DNA of 64,000 nucleotides from an uncultured Rivularia sp. (GTDB lineage: Bacteria > Cyanobacteriota > Cyanobacteriia > Cyanobacteriales > Nostocaceae): NCBI GenBank assembly GCA_963665115.1, contig OY762007.1, positions 7,424,001-7,488,000 of the forward strand, given 5' to 3'. This document shows, in pieces, positions 38,933 through 52,075 of this stretch. The notes under the pieces are model-generated. The model did not search any database. It was not told where the DNA came from and saw only the letters and a list, made by a program, of their open reading frames with translations. A program made the translations under genes and the position numbers. Numbering within the stretch: the stretch's first letter is position 1; each line of letters starts with the position of its first letter.

Positions 38933-40351
38933 TTAAAAAATAGGTAGCTCGATTATAAATTCAGTTCCTTCCCCAACTGTGGAATTACAGCTTAATTTAC
39001 CACCGTGAGTTTCTTCAACAATTTGTTTGGCAATAGCAAGTCCTAACCCCGTACCTTTACCAACTTCTTTTGTAGTAAAAAGATTATCAAATATACGTTC
39101 TCGAACTGCTAAAGGCATTCCTAAACCATTATCTTTGATACGAATGAATACTGTATTTTCTTCAGAAATAGGCTCAGTCTTAATAGTTATTTTATGAGGA
39201 TTTTCTTGTATTTCAGCAAATGATTTTCCTTCTCCAACTGCATCTGAAGCATCTATAGCATTAGCAATAATGTTCATAAATACTTGATTTAATTGTCCCA
39301 AAAAGCACTTTACTGACGGTAGATTTCCATATTCTTTAATAATTTCAATTTCCGGACGTTTCTCGTTTGCTTTGAGACGATATTTTAAAATCAAAATTGT
39401 GCTATCAATGCCTTCATGAATATTACAAGCAAGTTTTTCTGAAGTATCTGCTCTGGAAAAAGTACGTAAACTTGTACTAATATCTTTAATACGTTCTGTT
39501 GCTAACCTCATAGAATTTAACAACTTTGGTAAATCTCCACTGAGATATTCTAAATCAATATCTTCGGCATGTTCGCTAACTTCCTCTTTTGGGTCGAGAT
39601 AATTTTCTTGATAGCATTTGATGTGAGCGAATAAATCTTGAACATATTCTTCTGCATTTATAACACTTCCTTTAAGAAACCCGATTGGATTATTTACCTC
39701 GTGTGCGACCCCTGCAACCAAATTACCCAAAGTTGCCATTTTTTCATTTTGTACCATTTGTAATTGGGCTTGTTGCAATTTATTTAATATTTCGTTTAAT
39801 TCTGAAGTTCGCTGTTCTAAAGTCATTACATCTCTATAAGCTCTTAAAGCTGTAATAGTCGTAGTAATTAATCTATGACGATTGAGATCAACTTTGAGTT
39901 TATAGTCATTAATATCATAGTTAACGATGATAGATTCTTCTGGTGCTTCCCCCGGTTGTCCGGTACGTAAAATTATTCTCACTAGTTTATTTTTCAGTTC
40001 ATCACGAATATATTTAACTACCTTTAAACCAGCGTCATTACTTTCCATAACTACATCTAGAAGAATAAAAGCCGTATCCGGATGTTGCTTGATTAACTCA
40101 ATAGCTTCTTTACCCGAATAAGCAGAAATTAGGTTAACTGGTTTATCATCAAAGGTGAAATCTTGTAATACTAATTGAGTAGCTTGGTGAACGGTATGTT
40201 CATCATCTACAATCATTACTTTCCAAGATTCATTGTTTATTATCTCTAAAGATGAGTTTATTCCATCTTCGATAAATACAATGTCTTCGTCTTCTTCAAG
40301 TAAGATTATTGTATCTTCTTCTAATTCTACGCTGTTGTTATTCAAAGTCAT
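38933..40351 (-). CDS. Hybrid response regulator-histidine kinase (REC-HisKA-HATPase)
   Basis: [35 protein letters not shown]. Confidence 0.92.
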   Translation of the reverse strand: MTLNNNSVELEEDTIILLEEDEDIVFIEDGINSSLEIINNESWKVMIVDDEHTVHQATQLVLQDFTFDDKPVNLISAYSGKEAIELIKQHPDTAFILLDVVMESNDAGLKVVKYIRDELKNKLVRIILRTGQPGEAPEESIIVNYDINDYKLKVDLNRHRLITTTITALRAYRDVMTLEQRTSELNEILNKLQQAQLQMVQNEKMATLGNLVAGVAHEVNNPIGFLKGSVINAEEYVQDLFAHIKCYQENYLDPKEEVSEHAEDIDLEYLSGDLPKLLNSMRLATERIKDISTSLRTFSRADTSEKLACNIHEGIDSTILILKYRLKANEKRPEIEIIKEYGNLPSVKCFLGQLNQVFMNIIANAIDASDAVGEGKSFAEIQENPHKITIKTEPISEENTVFIRIKDNGLGMPLAVRERIFDNLFTTKEVGKGTGLGLAIAKQIVEETHGGKLSCNSTVGEGTEFIIELPIF

Positions 40352-40518
40352 AAATCAAGATAATTATTAATAGGGATAAACATGAAAAAATGTTTTTATC
40401 GGCAGCATCCTAAATCTGCAATTTTATTTTTTTAGTGCGGGATAAAGACCCACTTCTCGGATATTAGGGAGCAAGATGCTCCCACTACATTTTTTTTGCA
40501 AAATTAGGATACTCCCTT

Positions 40519-43500
40519 TTAATCGGCTATTGAAGGAAGTATGAAAGTAAATTTAGTACCTTTTCCAACCTGGGAATCGATATCTAGACTTCCCTGTAAT
40601 TTGTGGATAATCAAATTATAAACAATATGCAAACCTAAACCTGTTCCACCTTGATTTCTTTTTGTGGTAAAGAAAGGTTCAAAAATCTTACTTAAATTTT
40701 CTTCAGGTATACCACAACCATCATCGCTGTAGATAAGTTTGATATTTTCTGCTTCTGAGATAATTTCAAAATGCAATTGTCCTCCTTGTTTTTCTGAATA
40801 AGCATGAATCAAGGAATTCATCACTAAATTAGTTACTACTTGAGCTAAACTACCAGCATAAGTTTTGATAGTTATATTTTCTCCATCAACTGTTATTTTA
40901 TGGGTAGATTGTTTGAGTTCGGTACCAAGGCTGAGTAAAACTTCTTGAATATATTCTTTAATGCCAAACTCACGTAGTTCTAAGTTAATTTGGTCTACTG
41001 CAACTTGCTTGAAACTATGAACTAATTCCCCTGCTCTGTTCAAATTCTGTACCAGTAAATTGCTACTTTCTTGAGCAGTTTTGAGATAACTATTTAAGAT
41101 AGAACGTTTTAATTGTCCTTGAGCAATATTGTTGGCAAAATCTTCGGTTTCTAGCAGCTAAATTAGAAGCCACAGTAATACTCGTCCCTACGGGAGTATT
41201 AATTTCATGAGCTACTCCTGCAACTAAACCACCCAAGGCTGCCATTTTTTCTGATTCAACTAGCTTGTTCTGAGTTGCTTTTAGTTGTTCTAAGGTTTGG
41301 GAAAGTTCTTTGGTTCGCTGTTGTACTTTTTGCTCTAAATTGTTATACAAACGTGCATTTTCTAAAGAAATTGCTGCTTGAGTACAAAGAAACTCAAGCA
41401 TAACAATCCTGTCTTTTGTAAACACACCACTGGTTAATTTATTTTGCAAGTACAAAATACCGATTAAGTTTCCCTGGTTGAGAAGTGGTAAACACAGGAT
41501 GCTTTTCGGTTCCTGTTCGAGTAAATATTCCTCGATGACTGGCAAATCTGTATCTAAATCCTCAATTAACGCCATCTCTTGAGTATTTTTGACATACTGT
41601 ATCAAGGTAGTTGGTAAATTGGGATTATTTTCCAAAGCTTGGTAACAAAGCTCGGTTTCTTCCGCTGTGGCAATAGCTTCAACATACCATTCTTCATGAC
41701 TATTAGGTAAGATTAAAGCGCAGCGTGATGCACCGGAATTTTGCAAAATAATCTGGGTGAATTTAGTTAGTAATTGATTTAGTTCGATAGTTCTTGAAAG
41801 GGTTTGAGACGTTTTGAGAATACTAGCAAAATCTAAAAAGGTATTGATATTTGTACTTGAAGAGTTAGTTGTCGATTTAGAACTGTGAATCGAGATATTT
41901 GGTGTGGCAATTTTGGCTAAGCTTTCTCCAAAATTTGCAGCTTGTGAGGCTTGCTGCAATATTGGTTGGAGTAGTTGTGGGTAGCTTTTTTCTAAGTGGT
42001 CGGTTTTGGCTTTTGCTTCCCAACGAGCATAGCAATAGTAAGCTTCCTGCATATAGGTTGCGGCGATTGTTTCTCTTCCCCACTCAAGATAGAATTTAGC
42101 TGCGAGTTCGTTGGCTAATGCTTCTTCTTGAACGTAGCCGTTGTCTTTCGCTCCAGATATCGCTTTATCGTATAGCTCGATTGCTTTTATTTTGTCATCT
42201 AAAATGCGATATTTTTCTGCTTCTACTAAATCAAATTTATGCTGAAAGTTCATGGGAGCGTTATTTGCCCAAACTTTAAGTTGATTTTGATTAAGTTTAA
42301 CGGTATCTAGTTTTTTTACCTCATCAAATAAATTAGATTTGAATGTTAATAGAGAACTATAAAAGTTATGTTCTACTAAAGTAGAATATCCTATTAGGGT
42401 AAAAAGAGAATTAGATGAGCTTGTAAATAATTCTTCTGATTTTTCATAGTCTTCTAAAATAAAAAGTACTTGCCCAAATGTAATTTTGTGCATAGCTGAA
42501 GCCATGAAATTTTGGTTTTGTTCGGCTCTATCTATAAAATCTTCTGATTCCTGTAGTGTTCTACTTATATCAACTTGCCCATCTAATTGTTGTAAGGGAA
42601 TCCAAATTCCTTCTAATAATGTCTGAGCTAGAATATTATTATTCTTATTAGCAAATTCTAGATAATTACCAATTTTATTCAGAATAGTTGATACCTGTTG
42701 CCCACAATAGTGAAGATAATAAGGTTCAAACATTGAATTATAGCCAGCATGTAATAAACAACCTGATTGAAGAGCTAACTCAAATCCTTGCTGCAAATAA
42801 TCAATACTTTTACTAAGTGGTTCTATCCAATGGTTAATAGCTAAACCCATTATAAAACAGATAATACATTGTTGTTCTGGGTCATCATCGCTAAGTTTCA
42901 TTGCATTTTTACCAAAAGCAAAGCCTTGTTGATAACTACTATTAGAAGAATCGCATAAAATTTGTCCAAAATTAACAAAGCCAACTAGACTTTCAGGAGT
43001 AATTCCGCAATTCAAAGAAATTTGAGTATTTCTAGCGTGAATAAATTTCCATAGATCGGGACGGGTCATGTAACATGCAGCATCAAGAGTTACAAGAATT
43101 GAAATAATCTTTTTTAAGCGTTTGTCTGTAAGAATTTTTGGATGCGTACTCAATTCTATTATCAGGTCTGTTTGTTGGCAAATATCATTGATTAGTCTAT
43201 CCAATCTATCTGCTAAGTTTGTTATTGGTATATTCTCTTCTAATAGATTAAGCGCCTTAAGTCCATATTCAATTGCTTGAGTAAATTCACCTTTTTGAGT
43301 ACTTTCTTCTGCTTGCAATTGTATAATTGTTGCTAAGTCGTAATTATTCTTTGTTTTTAGAATAGCAGTAGTAGCTAACTCTTGACTTTTTTCCCAATCA
43401 GCACGATAAATTTCTACTTGAATACTGTCAACATAAAGTTCAATTAATAAGTCGTATTGATTTTCCCAAGCATTATTATCATTAGCTTGTATTTGTGTTC

Positions 43501-45875
43501 TAGCGATTTCAAAATATTGGCTAGCAGCATCAAATGCTGTTGCAACTTTAGCCCGTTTCCCTGCTAATATATTTATTTCTACTAATTGCCAACATTCCTG
43601 TTGATCGGATATGGCATACAGACCTTGGTTGTAATGGTTCGCTATGTCAAAAATTCTTTCATCTAATAAATCTAGAGACATTTGCTTTTTTAAAGCTCTA
43701 GCAATTTTCAAATGAATAACTTGGTTTGTCCCTTCTTCTTGAAGTTTGTAAGCTGCTTGTTGTACTCTGTCATGCAAAAATTTATAGCTGACAATTTGTT
43801 CATCTTCCAACTCCCGATTCTGTAGTTCTGATGGAAGGTAAAATTTGTAAACTTCAGTTTTGGGTAAAATCAACCCTTCCTGTAATGCTTTCCACAAGTC
43901 AGCAGCAGTTTCAACTTCTGACTTTTGACAAACTATCGCCAAAGTTGCTAAATCAAATTGATTGCCAATACAAGCTGCTAATTTCAATACATTCTGAGTT
44001 GTTTCTGGCAACTTTTGCAGTTGCAATGCCATAAATTCAACCACATCATCAGTTAAAGCTAATGCCTTAACTTCAGAAATATCGCATAGCCACGAATTGA
44101 TCTTAAAATCAAATTTTATCAACCCATCTTCATAAAGCGACTTCAAAAATTGCGTGCTGAAAAATGGATTGCCTTTAGTTTTTTGATGTATAAGTTGTGT
44201 TAAAGGCTGTGAAATTTTCAACAGACAATTAAGAGTATCAGCAACTAATTGATTTAAGCTATCTTGATTTAATGGCTCCAAAGTAATAGTATTAACTATT
44301 GTTTCTGCTTTACTTATTTCTTCTAAAGCCAAAAATAAAGGATGAACCGGAAATACTTCATTATCCCGGTAAGCACCAATTAACAATAAAGAATCTTTTT
44401 CATTTCCACTCATTAAAAACTGCATCAACTTCAGTGAAGCCGAATCTGCCCATTGTAAATCATCTAAAAAGATGACTAAAGGATGTTCTTTTGTGGTAAA
44501 AACTTTGATAAATTTTTGAAATAATAAATTAAATCTATTTTGGGCAGCAGTTCCCGATAATTCCGGTACTAGTGGTTGTTCACCAATAATTATTTCTAAT
44601 TCGGGAATCACTTCAATTATTACCCGTGCGTTATCTCCTAAAGCTTGTAAAATTTTCTTTTTCCAATTTGATAATTGAGTATCGCTTTCACTTAATAATT
44701 GTCCGATTAAATCTCGAAATGCTTGGACAAAAGCTGAGAAAGGAATATTGCGATTGAACTGGTCAAATTTACCCTTAATAAAATAACCGCGTTGTTTAAC
44801 AATAGGTTTATGAACTTCGTTTACAATTGCAGTTTTTCCAATCCCAGAAAAACCAGCAACTAAGATTAATTCGCTGTTCCCATTTGAAACTCGCTTAAAC
44901 GCAGCTAATAATTCTTCAACTTCAGTTTCTCTACCATAAAGTTTCTCAGGAATAATAAATTTTTCACAAATATCCTGTCGAGCAATTTGAAAATTTTCTA
45001 TCTTCCCAGTTTCTTTAAACTGTTTTAAACAAATGTCTAAATCGTGCTTTAATCCCAAAGCACTTTGATATCTATCTTCGGCATTTTTCGCCATTAATTT
45101 CATGACGATATCTGACAAAACTTCAGGAATTTCTTCTAAACATTCCCTCTCTTTGACAAGGAGAGGGTTAGGGTGAGGTTTCCTCATCGCTGGAGGAGTT
45201 TTCGCAATATGACAATGCACCAACTCCATAGCATCCTCAGATTTAAAAGGTAATTCCCCCGTTAATAGTTCATAAAAAGTCACACCCAAAGCGTAAAAAT
45301 CACTGCGGTAATCAATCCCCCGATTCATTCTTCCTGTTTGCTCTGGTGATATATAAGCGAGGGTTTCCTTCCAAACTAGTAGGATTTTTAATTTCTTGAG
45401 TTTCTTTGGGAAGTAGTGAAGCAATACTAAAATCAATTAGCTTAATTTGCTTAGTTTCCTGGTTGATTAAAATATTGTCAGGTTTGATATCTTTATGAAT
45501 AACGCGATTTTGGTGCAATTGATGGAGAGTATCAGTAATTTGCATCGCAATCGTCAATATGTCTACTGTAGATATAATATCTGTTGTCTTTATATATTCG
45601 CGTAGCGAAATCCCACCAAAATCTTCCATCACCAAAGCAGAACTATTTTGATAAGCTTCTAAACTGTAAGGACGAACAATACCGGGAATATTTAAACTCT
45701 TTGTAATAGTATACTGATTGCGAAATTCTAACAGTTCTTTGAAGCTAGGATAGCTATTTTTCAGCAGCTTAATAACTACAGGTTTCTGGTCATTTTCTCG
45801 GAAACCACGATATACCAGAGTTCTTGAACCGTTATAAAGTTCTTCATCTAAGTGATATCCCTGAATAAAAGTCAT
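40519..45875 (-). CDS. HstK-type giant kinase 1: Ser/Thr kinase, P-loop ATPase, helical region, GAF, His kinase; +1 frameshifts at 45364-45366 and 41148-41150
   Basis: [58 protein letters not shown]; single-base removals restore LEGTLAYI and LAARTEDF. Confidence 0.92.
45143..45181. mobile_element. Hairpin mini-element in frame in kinase 1 (encodes [13 protein letters not shown])
   Basis: CCCTCTC-TTTGACAAG-GAGAGGG plus TTAGGGTGAGGTT tail. Confidence 0.75.
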
Positions 45876-45990
45876 ACTAATTATATCTCTAAATTTCTGA
45901 ATATATTATTCCCAAAAAAAGAGATAATGTTATATTCTATACAGAAATAATAAGATTTGAATTCCACAATCATCAGATCGGATGTCTATA

Positions 45991-48900
45991 TCAACATATA
46001 GGTAACTCAATCGCAAATTCTGTTCCTTCCCCAACTACAGAATTACAAATTATTTTTCCATCGTGAGTTTCTTCAATGATTTGTTGGGCGATCGCCAAAC
46101 CCAATCCCGTACCTTTACCAACTCCTTTGGTAGTAAAAAGATTATCAAATATACGTTCTCGAACTGATTCAGGCATCCCCGAACCATTATCTTTGATCCG
46201 AATTAACACTGTATTTTCGTCAGTAATAAGTTCAGTTTGAATAGTTATTTTGTGAGGATTTGCTTGTATTTCGGCAAATGTTTTTCCTTCACTAACTGTA
46301 TCCAAAGCATCGATCGCATTGGCAACAATGTTCATAAACACTTGATTTAATTGCCCTAAAAAACATTTAATTGGCGGTAAATCACCGTATTTTTTGATAA
46401 TTTCAATTGCTGGACGTTTCTCATTAGCTTTGAGACGATACTTTAAAATTAAAATTGTGCTATCAATACCTTCATGAATATTACAAGCAACTTTTTCAGA
46501 AGTATCTGCTCTAGAAAAAGTTCGTAAACTGGTACTAATATCTTTAATTCTTTCTGTAGCCAATCTCATCGAATTTAACAACTTTGGTAAATCTTCTATG
46601 AGGTACTCTAAATCAATATCTTCGGCATTTTCTATCACTTCTTCTTCTGGATTCGGATAATTTTCTTGATAGCATTCTATGTGAGTAAATAAATCTTTAA
46701 TATATTCTTCGGCATTGCTGATACTACCTTTGAGAAATCCAATCGGGTTATTAACTTCGTGTGCTACCCCGGCAACTAAATTACCCAAAGTTGCCATTTT
46801 TTCATTTTGCACCATTTGCAATTGGGCTTGCTTTAACTCTTTTACAGCTTTTTCTAACTCTTTTGATTTCTCAATTACCGCCGATTCCGCTTGTTTTCTA
46901 TCGGTAATATTTCTAGTAATACCAATTAAGCCCATCGTAGTACCTTGAGAATCTCGTAACGGTTCTTTTATCGTTAAATAAGTGCAGTTTTCTCCGTTAG
47001 TTGGTACTACTTCTTCAAAGCTTTCAGTCATTTCTTTAGTCATGATTTCTCTATCTTTAGCCATAATTGGTTCGGCAACTTCTGGAGGAAGCAATTCCGC
47101 ATCGGTTTTACCAATAACTTCCGCAATAGATTTACCAAAAAATTTAGCAATATTAGTATTTACAGCAATGTGTCGTCCTTGTAAATCTTTTGCAAAAAAG
47201 AAATCCGGTATCGTCTGCAAGAGTGAGTTAAGCAACGAATTAGTATCTTGCTGAGCTTTGTAAAGACGGGCATTTTCCAGGGAAATTGCGGCTTGATTAC
47301 AAAGAAAATTAAGTATTACAATACGGTCACTTGTAAATGTTTTTCTGGTTAATTTGTTTTGTAGATAGACAATACCAATTAAATTTCCTTGGTTAAGGAT
47401 TGGTAGACATATCACACTCTTAGGTTGTTGTTGAAGAAAATATTCATCAAATACTGGTAAATCGGTGTTGAAATTGTCAATAATCACTACTTCTTGAGTA
47501 TTTTTGACATAATGTATTAATTTAGTTGGTAGATTGGGATTATTTACTAACGGTTGCGAACAAAGTTCTGTTTGCTCCAGTGTGTGAATGGCTTCAACAT
47601 ACAATTCTCCATCGCTATGGAGGAGAATTAAGGCACAGCTATCCCCACCAGAATTTTGCAGAATAATTTCTGTGAGTTTACACAGCAATTCTGAAAGTTG
47701 AATTGTGCTAGAAAGTGCTTGCGAAGCTTTGACGATCGCAGCAAAGTCTAAAACATTATTAATGCTGGTGCTAGAAGAAGTATTTCTAGTTGTCGAACTA
47801 TGAATTGAGATATTCGGAGCAGCAATTGTGGCTAACGTCTCTAAGGGATTTAAGGCTTGTTCTACTTGCTGTAGGATTGGACGGAGTATATTGGGATAGC
47901 GTATTTCTAAGTCGTCGGTTTTGGCTTTAGCTCCCCAACGGGCATAACAGTAGTATGCTTCTTGCATATAGGTTGCGGCGATTTTTTCTTTACCCCAATC
48001 GAGGTAGAATTTGGCTGCAAGTTCGTTAGCGAGTGCCTCTTCTTGAATGTATTCGTTTTCTTTCGCTCCAGAGATAGATCTATCGTAAAGTTCAATTGCT
48101 TCTAATTTTTTGTCCAAAATTCGAGATTGTTCTGCTTTAATTAACAGGAATTTATGTTGAAAGTTCATCGGTGCATAAGATGCCCATCGGTGCAGTTTCT
48201 CCAGATTTTCGACCACAATAGTCAAGGTTCGGGTTTGTTCTGCTTCTGTTAGCTCGTGGTAAATTCGCAAACGCACCAGCGCATCATAAAAATACAGCAA
48301 TGGTATTACAACCTGTGCTGTCACCCCACCGATATAACGAACAGCAGATTCAGCATGGGACAAAGCATCGATATTTTGCTCGAACCAATAGCACAAGATC
48401 AGTTTATGTAGGTGTAGGTTATAAAGACCCCAAATTGTTTTTAGTTGCCTGATATTGTGCCAGCATTTGCTCTTCATCAATCGCATCTCCTACTAATTGA
48501 TAAGGAATTTCAGATTTTCCGCGCAGATTGAGAACTACTTGATACAACATCTCGTTCAAATTCAAGTGTAATTGCTGATTAATTTGACGAAGTTGCTGGC
48601 TGTAAATAATAACCTTGGTTTCTAATTCTGATAATTCTTGTCCGATAGCATAGGAAAATTGTCCATCATAAAAGCGACAAAAGGCGCATATTTCTAAAGC
48701 TCCCGATTCCAAAGCAGTTTGATAGCTAGTTTTTAAAAGCGGTAAAGTTTGATTGGGGTGTTTTTTCCAGGGTAAAACTAGTGCCCCTGTAAGCAAACCA
48801 ATTTTCGCCTGAATTCCTTTGTTACCAGATTCCTCTGCTAATTTCAAAGCAAGGTTTCCAAATTTATAACCAGAATTTATATCATTAAGTACACCGCACA

Positions 48901-51832
48901 AGGGAATACTGTAGTGGACATAAGCAGCAGGGGAGGTAAGGGAATTACCATGTTTTATAGATAAGCGAATCTCTGCTAAAGCTATGAATAAAAATAGTTT
49001 AGAACTTAATACATATGCCGCAGGAGCCAAGGTGAAATAAATCTGCATCTTAGCTAAAGATTTAGCATCATTCATCTGGGGAAGAGATGACAATGAAGAA
49101 ATTCCCGTAGCTTGAATCAAAGCGTTTGTTTCCTTCAAAGCTTGCTGAATATCTTCAGGTGTTGGCTCTGTTGGAAAGTCTACTCCTAACTGATTGAGTG
49201 CTTTTATGCCTACTTGAATCCCTTCTAATGGCTTTTTCTGAGCAAGTTTTGCATAAATCTGTGTTTTGTAAACTTCTATTTTGTCTAATAAGTCTTCAAC
49301 TTGTTGCAGCAAAATATCTGCCCAATGCTGCATGGCTTCAAAATTGCCACTTAAATAGTTTGCTTCTGCAAGCATATTGTGGTATTCCAATGCCAGTTTA
49401 TATTGGGTTTGCCACATATCCGCCGGTAGCAGTTCGGTTCCAATACCTAAATAATCAATAGCTGCTTCATAAGCTGTTGCTGTTTTTGCTTTACGAGCCG
49501 CACAAAGATTAAACTCAGCTAATTCGATTTTTCCTTTAAATGTCTCAATTAAAATCGTACCCAAATTCAAATGGTTAACAATTTCAAAAATCCGTTCTTC
49601 CCGTTCTTCTAGCGAGATATGCTTGAGTAATAGTTTTCCAATCTGATAGTGAGTCGTTGTTTTTTGCTCATCTGGAATCAAATAATAAGCTGCTTGTTGA
49701 ACGCGATCGTGCAGAAAGCGGTATCCAACAGAAATCTCATCGCTTCGCTTATCCTCTGCATCTTCTGCTTGAAAAAACTTGTAGGCTTCGGTTTCGGGAA
49801 TCACAAAACTTTCTTGTAATCCAGTCCATAAGTCCGCTGCAACATTTTCTGGAGTGCGATCGCATACTACTGCCAAAGTTGCTAAATCAAAACGGTTGCC
49901 AATACAAGCTGCCAGTTTCAAAACCTCTAGTGTTTCAACAGGCAGTTTTTGCAACCTTCCTACCATAAATTCAACTACATCATCTGTTAGAGAAAGTTGT
50001 CTAATTTGGGCAATATCGCATTGCCAATATCCAATTTCCAAATTAAATGCAATCAATCCTTCCTCGTACAAACCCAGAAGAAACTGAGTGGTAAAAAATG
50101 GATTACCCTTAGTTTTCTGATACAACAAATCGGTCAAAGGTTGGGCAATATCTGCACTACAAATAAACGCATCCGCAACCAAACAGTTAATATCAACTTG
50201 ACATAAAGGTGATAAGGTAATTGTGTTAACTATTGCCTCTGCTTTCCTAATCTCCTCTAGAGTTAACATCAACGGATGAGCCGGAAATACTTCATTATCG
50301 CGATAAGCGCCAATTAAAAATAAATAACCATTTTCAGATTCGCTCATCAATAATTTCATTAAATTGAAAGATGCCGAATCAGCCCACTGTAAGTCATCTA
50401 AAAATATGACTAAAGGATGTTCTTCAACTGCAAATATTTTAATAAATTTTTGAAATAATAAGTTGAATCTATTCTGAGCCGCAGTACCTGACAATTTCGA
50501 TGCTGGTGGTTGCTTACCAATAATTCTTTCTAATTCGGGAATAACTTCAATTATTACCTGTGCATCATCCCCTAAAGCTTGTAAAATTTGCCTCTTCCAA
50601 CTTGACAATTGAGCATTTGTCTCGCTCAGTAATTGTCCCATTAAGCTTCGGAAAGCTTGTACAAAAGCCGAGAAAGGAATATTGCGATTAAATTGGTCAA
50701 ACTTACCTTTAATAAAGTAACCGCGCTGTTTGACTATTGGTTTATGAACTTCATTAACTACCGCAGTTTTTCCAATTCCAGAAAAACCCGCTACTAACAT
50801 TAATTCACTGTTTCCCTGCGATACTCTCTCAAATGTTGCTAATAATTCTTTAACTTCATTTTCTCTTCCATATAATTTTTCAGGAATAATAAATCTGTCA
50901 CAGATATCCCGTTGAGCAATTTCAAAATTTTCTATATTGCCAGTTTCTTTAAGCTGTTTTAAACAAATTTCTAGATCGTGGTTTAATCCCAAAGCACTTT
51001 GATATCTATCTTCGGCATTTTTCGCCATCAATTTCATGACGATATCGGATAAAACTTGAGGAATCTCTTGTTCCCTCTCCTTACCAAGGAGAGGGTTAGG
51101 GTGAGGTTTTGCACTGAGGAGAAGGTTAGGATGAATTTTTCTCATCGCTGGAGGTGTTTTTGCAATATGACAATGTATCAACTCCATCGCATCGTCAGAT
51201 TTAAAAGGCAATTCCCCAGTTAATAATTCATAAAAGCTAACACCAAAAGTATAAAAATCAGTCCGATAATCTATTCCCCGATTCATTCTTCCAGTTTGTT
51301 CTGGTGATATATAAGCAAGGGTTCCTTCTAAACCATTGGGATTTTTAATTTCTTGAGTTTCTTTAGGTAGCAATGAAGCAATACTGAAATCAATTAATTT
51401 AATTTGCTTAGTTTCAGGATGAATTAAAATATTGGCTGGTTTAATATCTTTATGAATAACGCGATGTTGATGTAGACTCTGGAGAATATCGGTAACTTGC
51501 AACGCAATTGATAATATATCTTCAACAGAACCCATATTTCCTGTCTGCATATACTCTTGCAATGAAACCCCGCCAAAATCTTCCATTACCAGAGCATAAC
51601 CATTTTGGTAAGGTTCGAGACTGAAAGGACGAATGATTCCAGGAATATCTAAATTTTTGCTAATGGTGTACTGGTTGCGAAATTGGAGTAATTCGTTGAA
51701 ATTCGGATAAGAATTCTTCAGTGATTTAATTACTACGGGTTTTTGGTCATTCTCTCGAATAGCGCGATAGACAAGGGTTCTAGAACCGTTATAGAGTTCT
51801 TCTTTAATCGAATATCCAGCAATAGTGACCAT
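45991..51832 (-). CDS. HstK-type giant kinase 2: Ser/Thr kinase, P-loop ATPase, helical region, GAF, PAS, His kinase; +1 frameshift at 48428-48431
   Basis: Same motif set as kinase 1 plus PAS (FFAKDLQGR…GKTDAEL); ATG at 51832 aligns with the paralog start; removing one base gives NNLGLYNLHL. Confidence 0.92.
51071..51139. mobile_element. One and a half copies of the hairpin mini-element in frame in kinase 2 ([23 protein letters not shown])
   Basis: CCCTCTCCTT-ACC-AAGGAGAGGG-TTAGGGTGAGGTT followed by degenerate AGGAGAAGGTTAGGATGAATT. Confidence 0.78.
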
Positions 51833-51945
51833 ACTACCTTCGTACTTAATGCTTGCGAATTTAGTATACCCAAACCCCCTGTAAAAAATTACAATTACCC
51901 GTAGAATCTTGATATCCTCATTGAGAAAATTTGCTAGATGTATGT

Positions 51946-52047
51946 TAAGCTGCTGCACATCTAATTTGTATTATCGTAGCGGGCAAGATGCCCGCACTAC
52001 AAAACTTTCAAAAATTCCAATATACAAATTAAAAGATTTTTAGCTGA
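51946..52047 (+). mobile_element. MITE of the TAAGCTG family with degenerate right end
   Basis: TAAGCTG…TAATTTGTAT…GCGGGCAAGATGCCCGCACTACA…TATACAAATTA…TAGCTGA. Confidence 0.75.
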
Positions 52048-52075
52048 TAAAAATTGGAAAGCTCCTTATCCAATA

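Noticed and set aside
51833..51958. N-terminal extension of kinase 2 in the ORF track
   Set aside because: Begins inside a MITE end; the paralog aligns from the ATG at 51832
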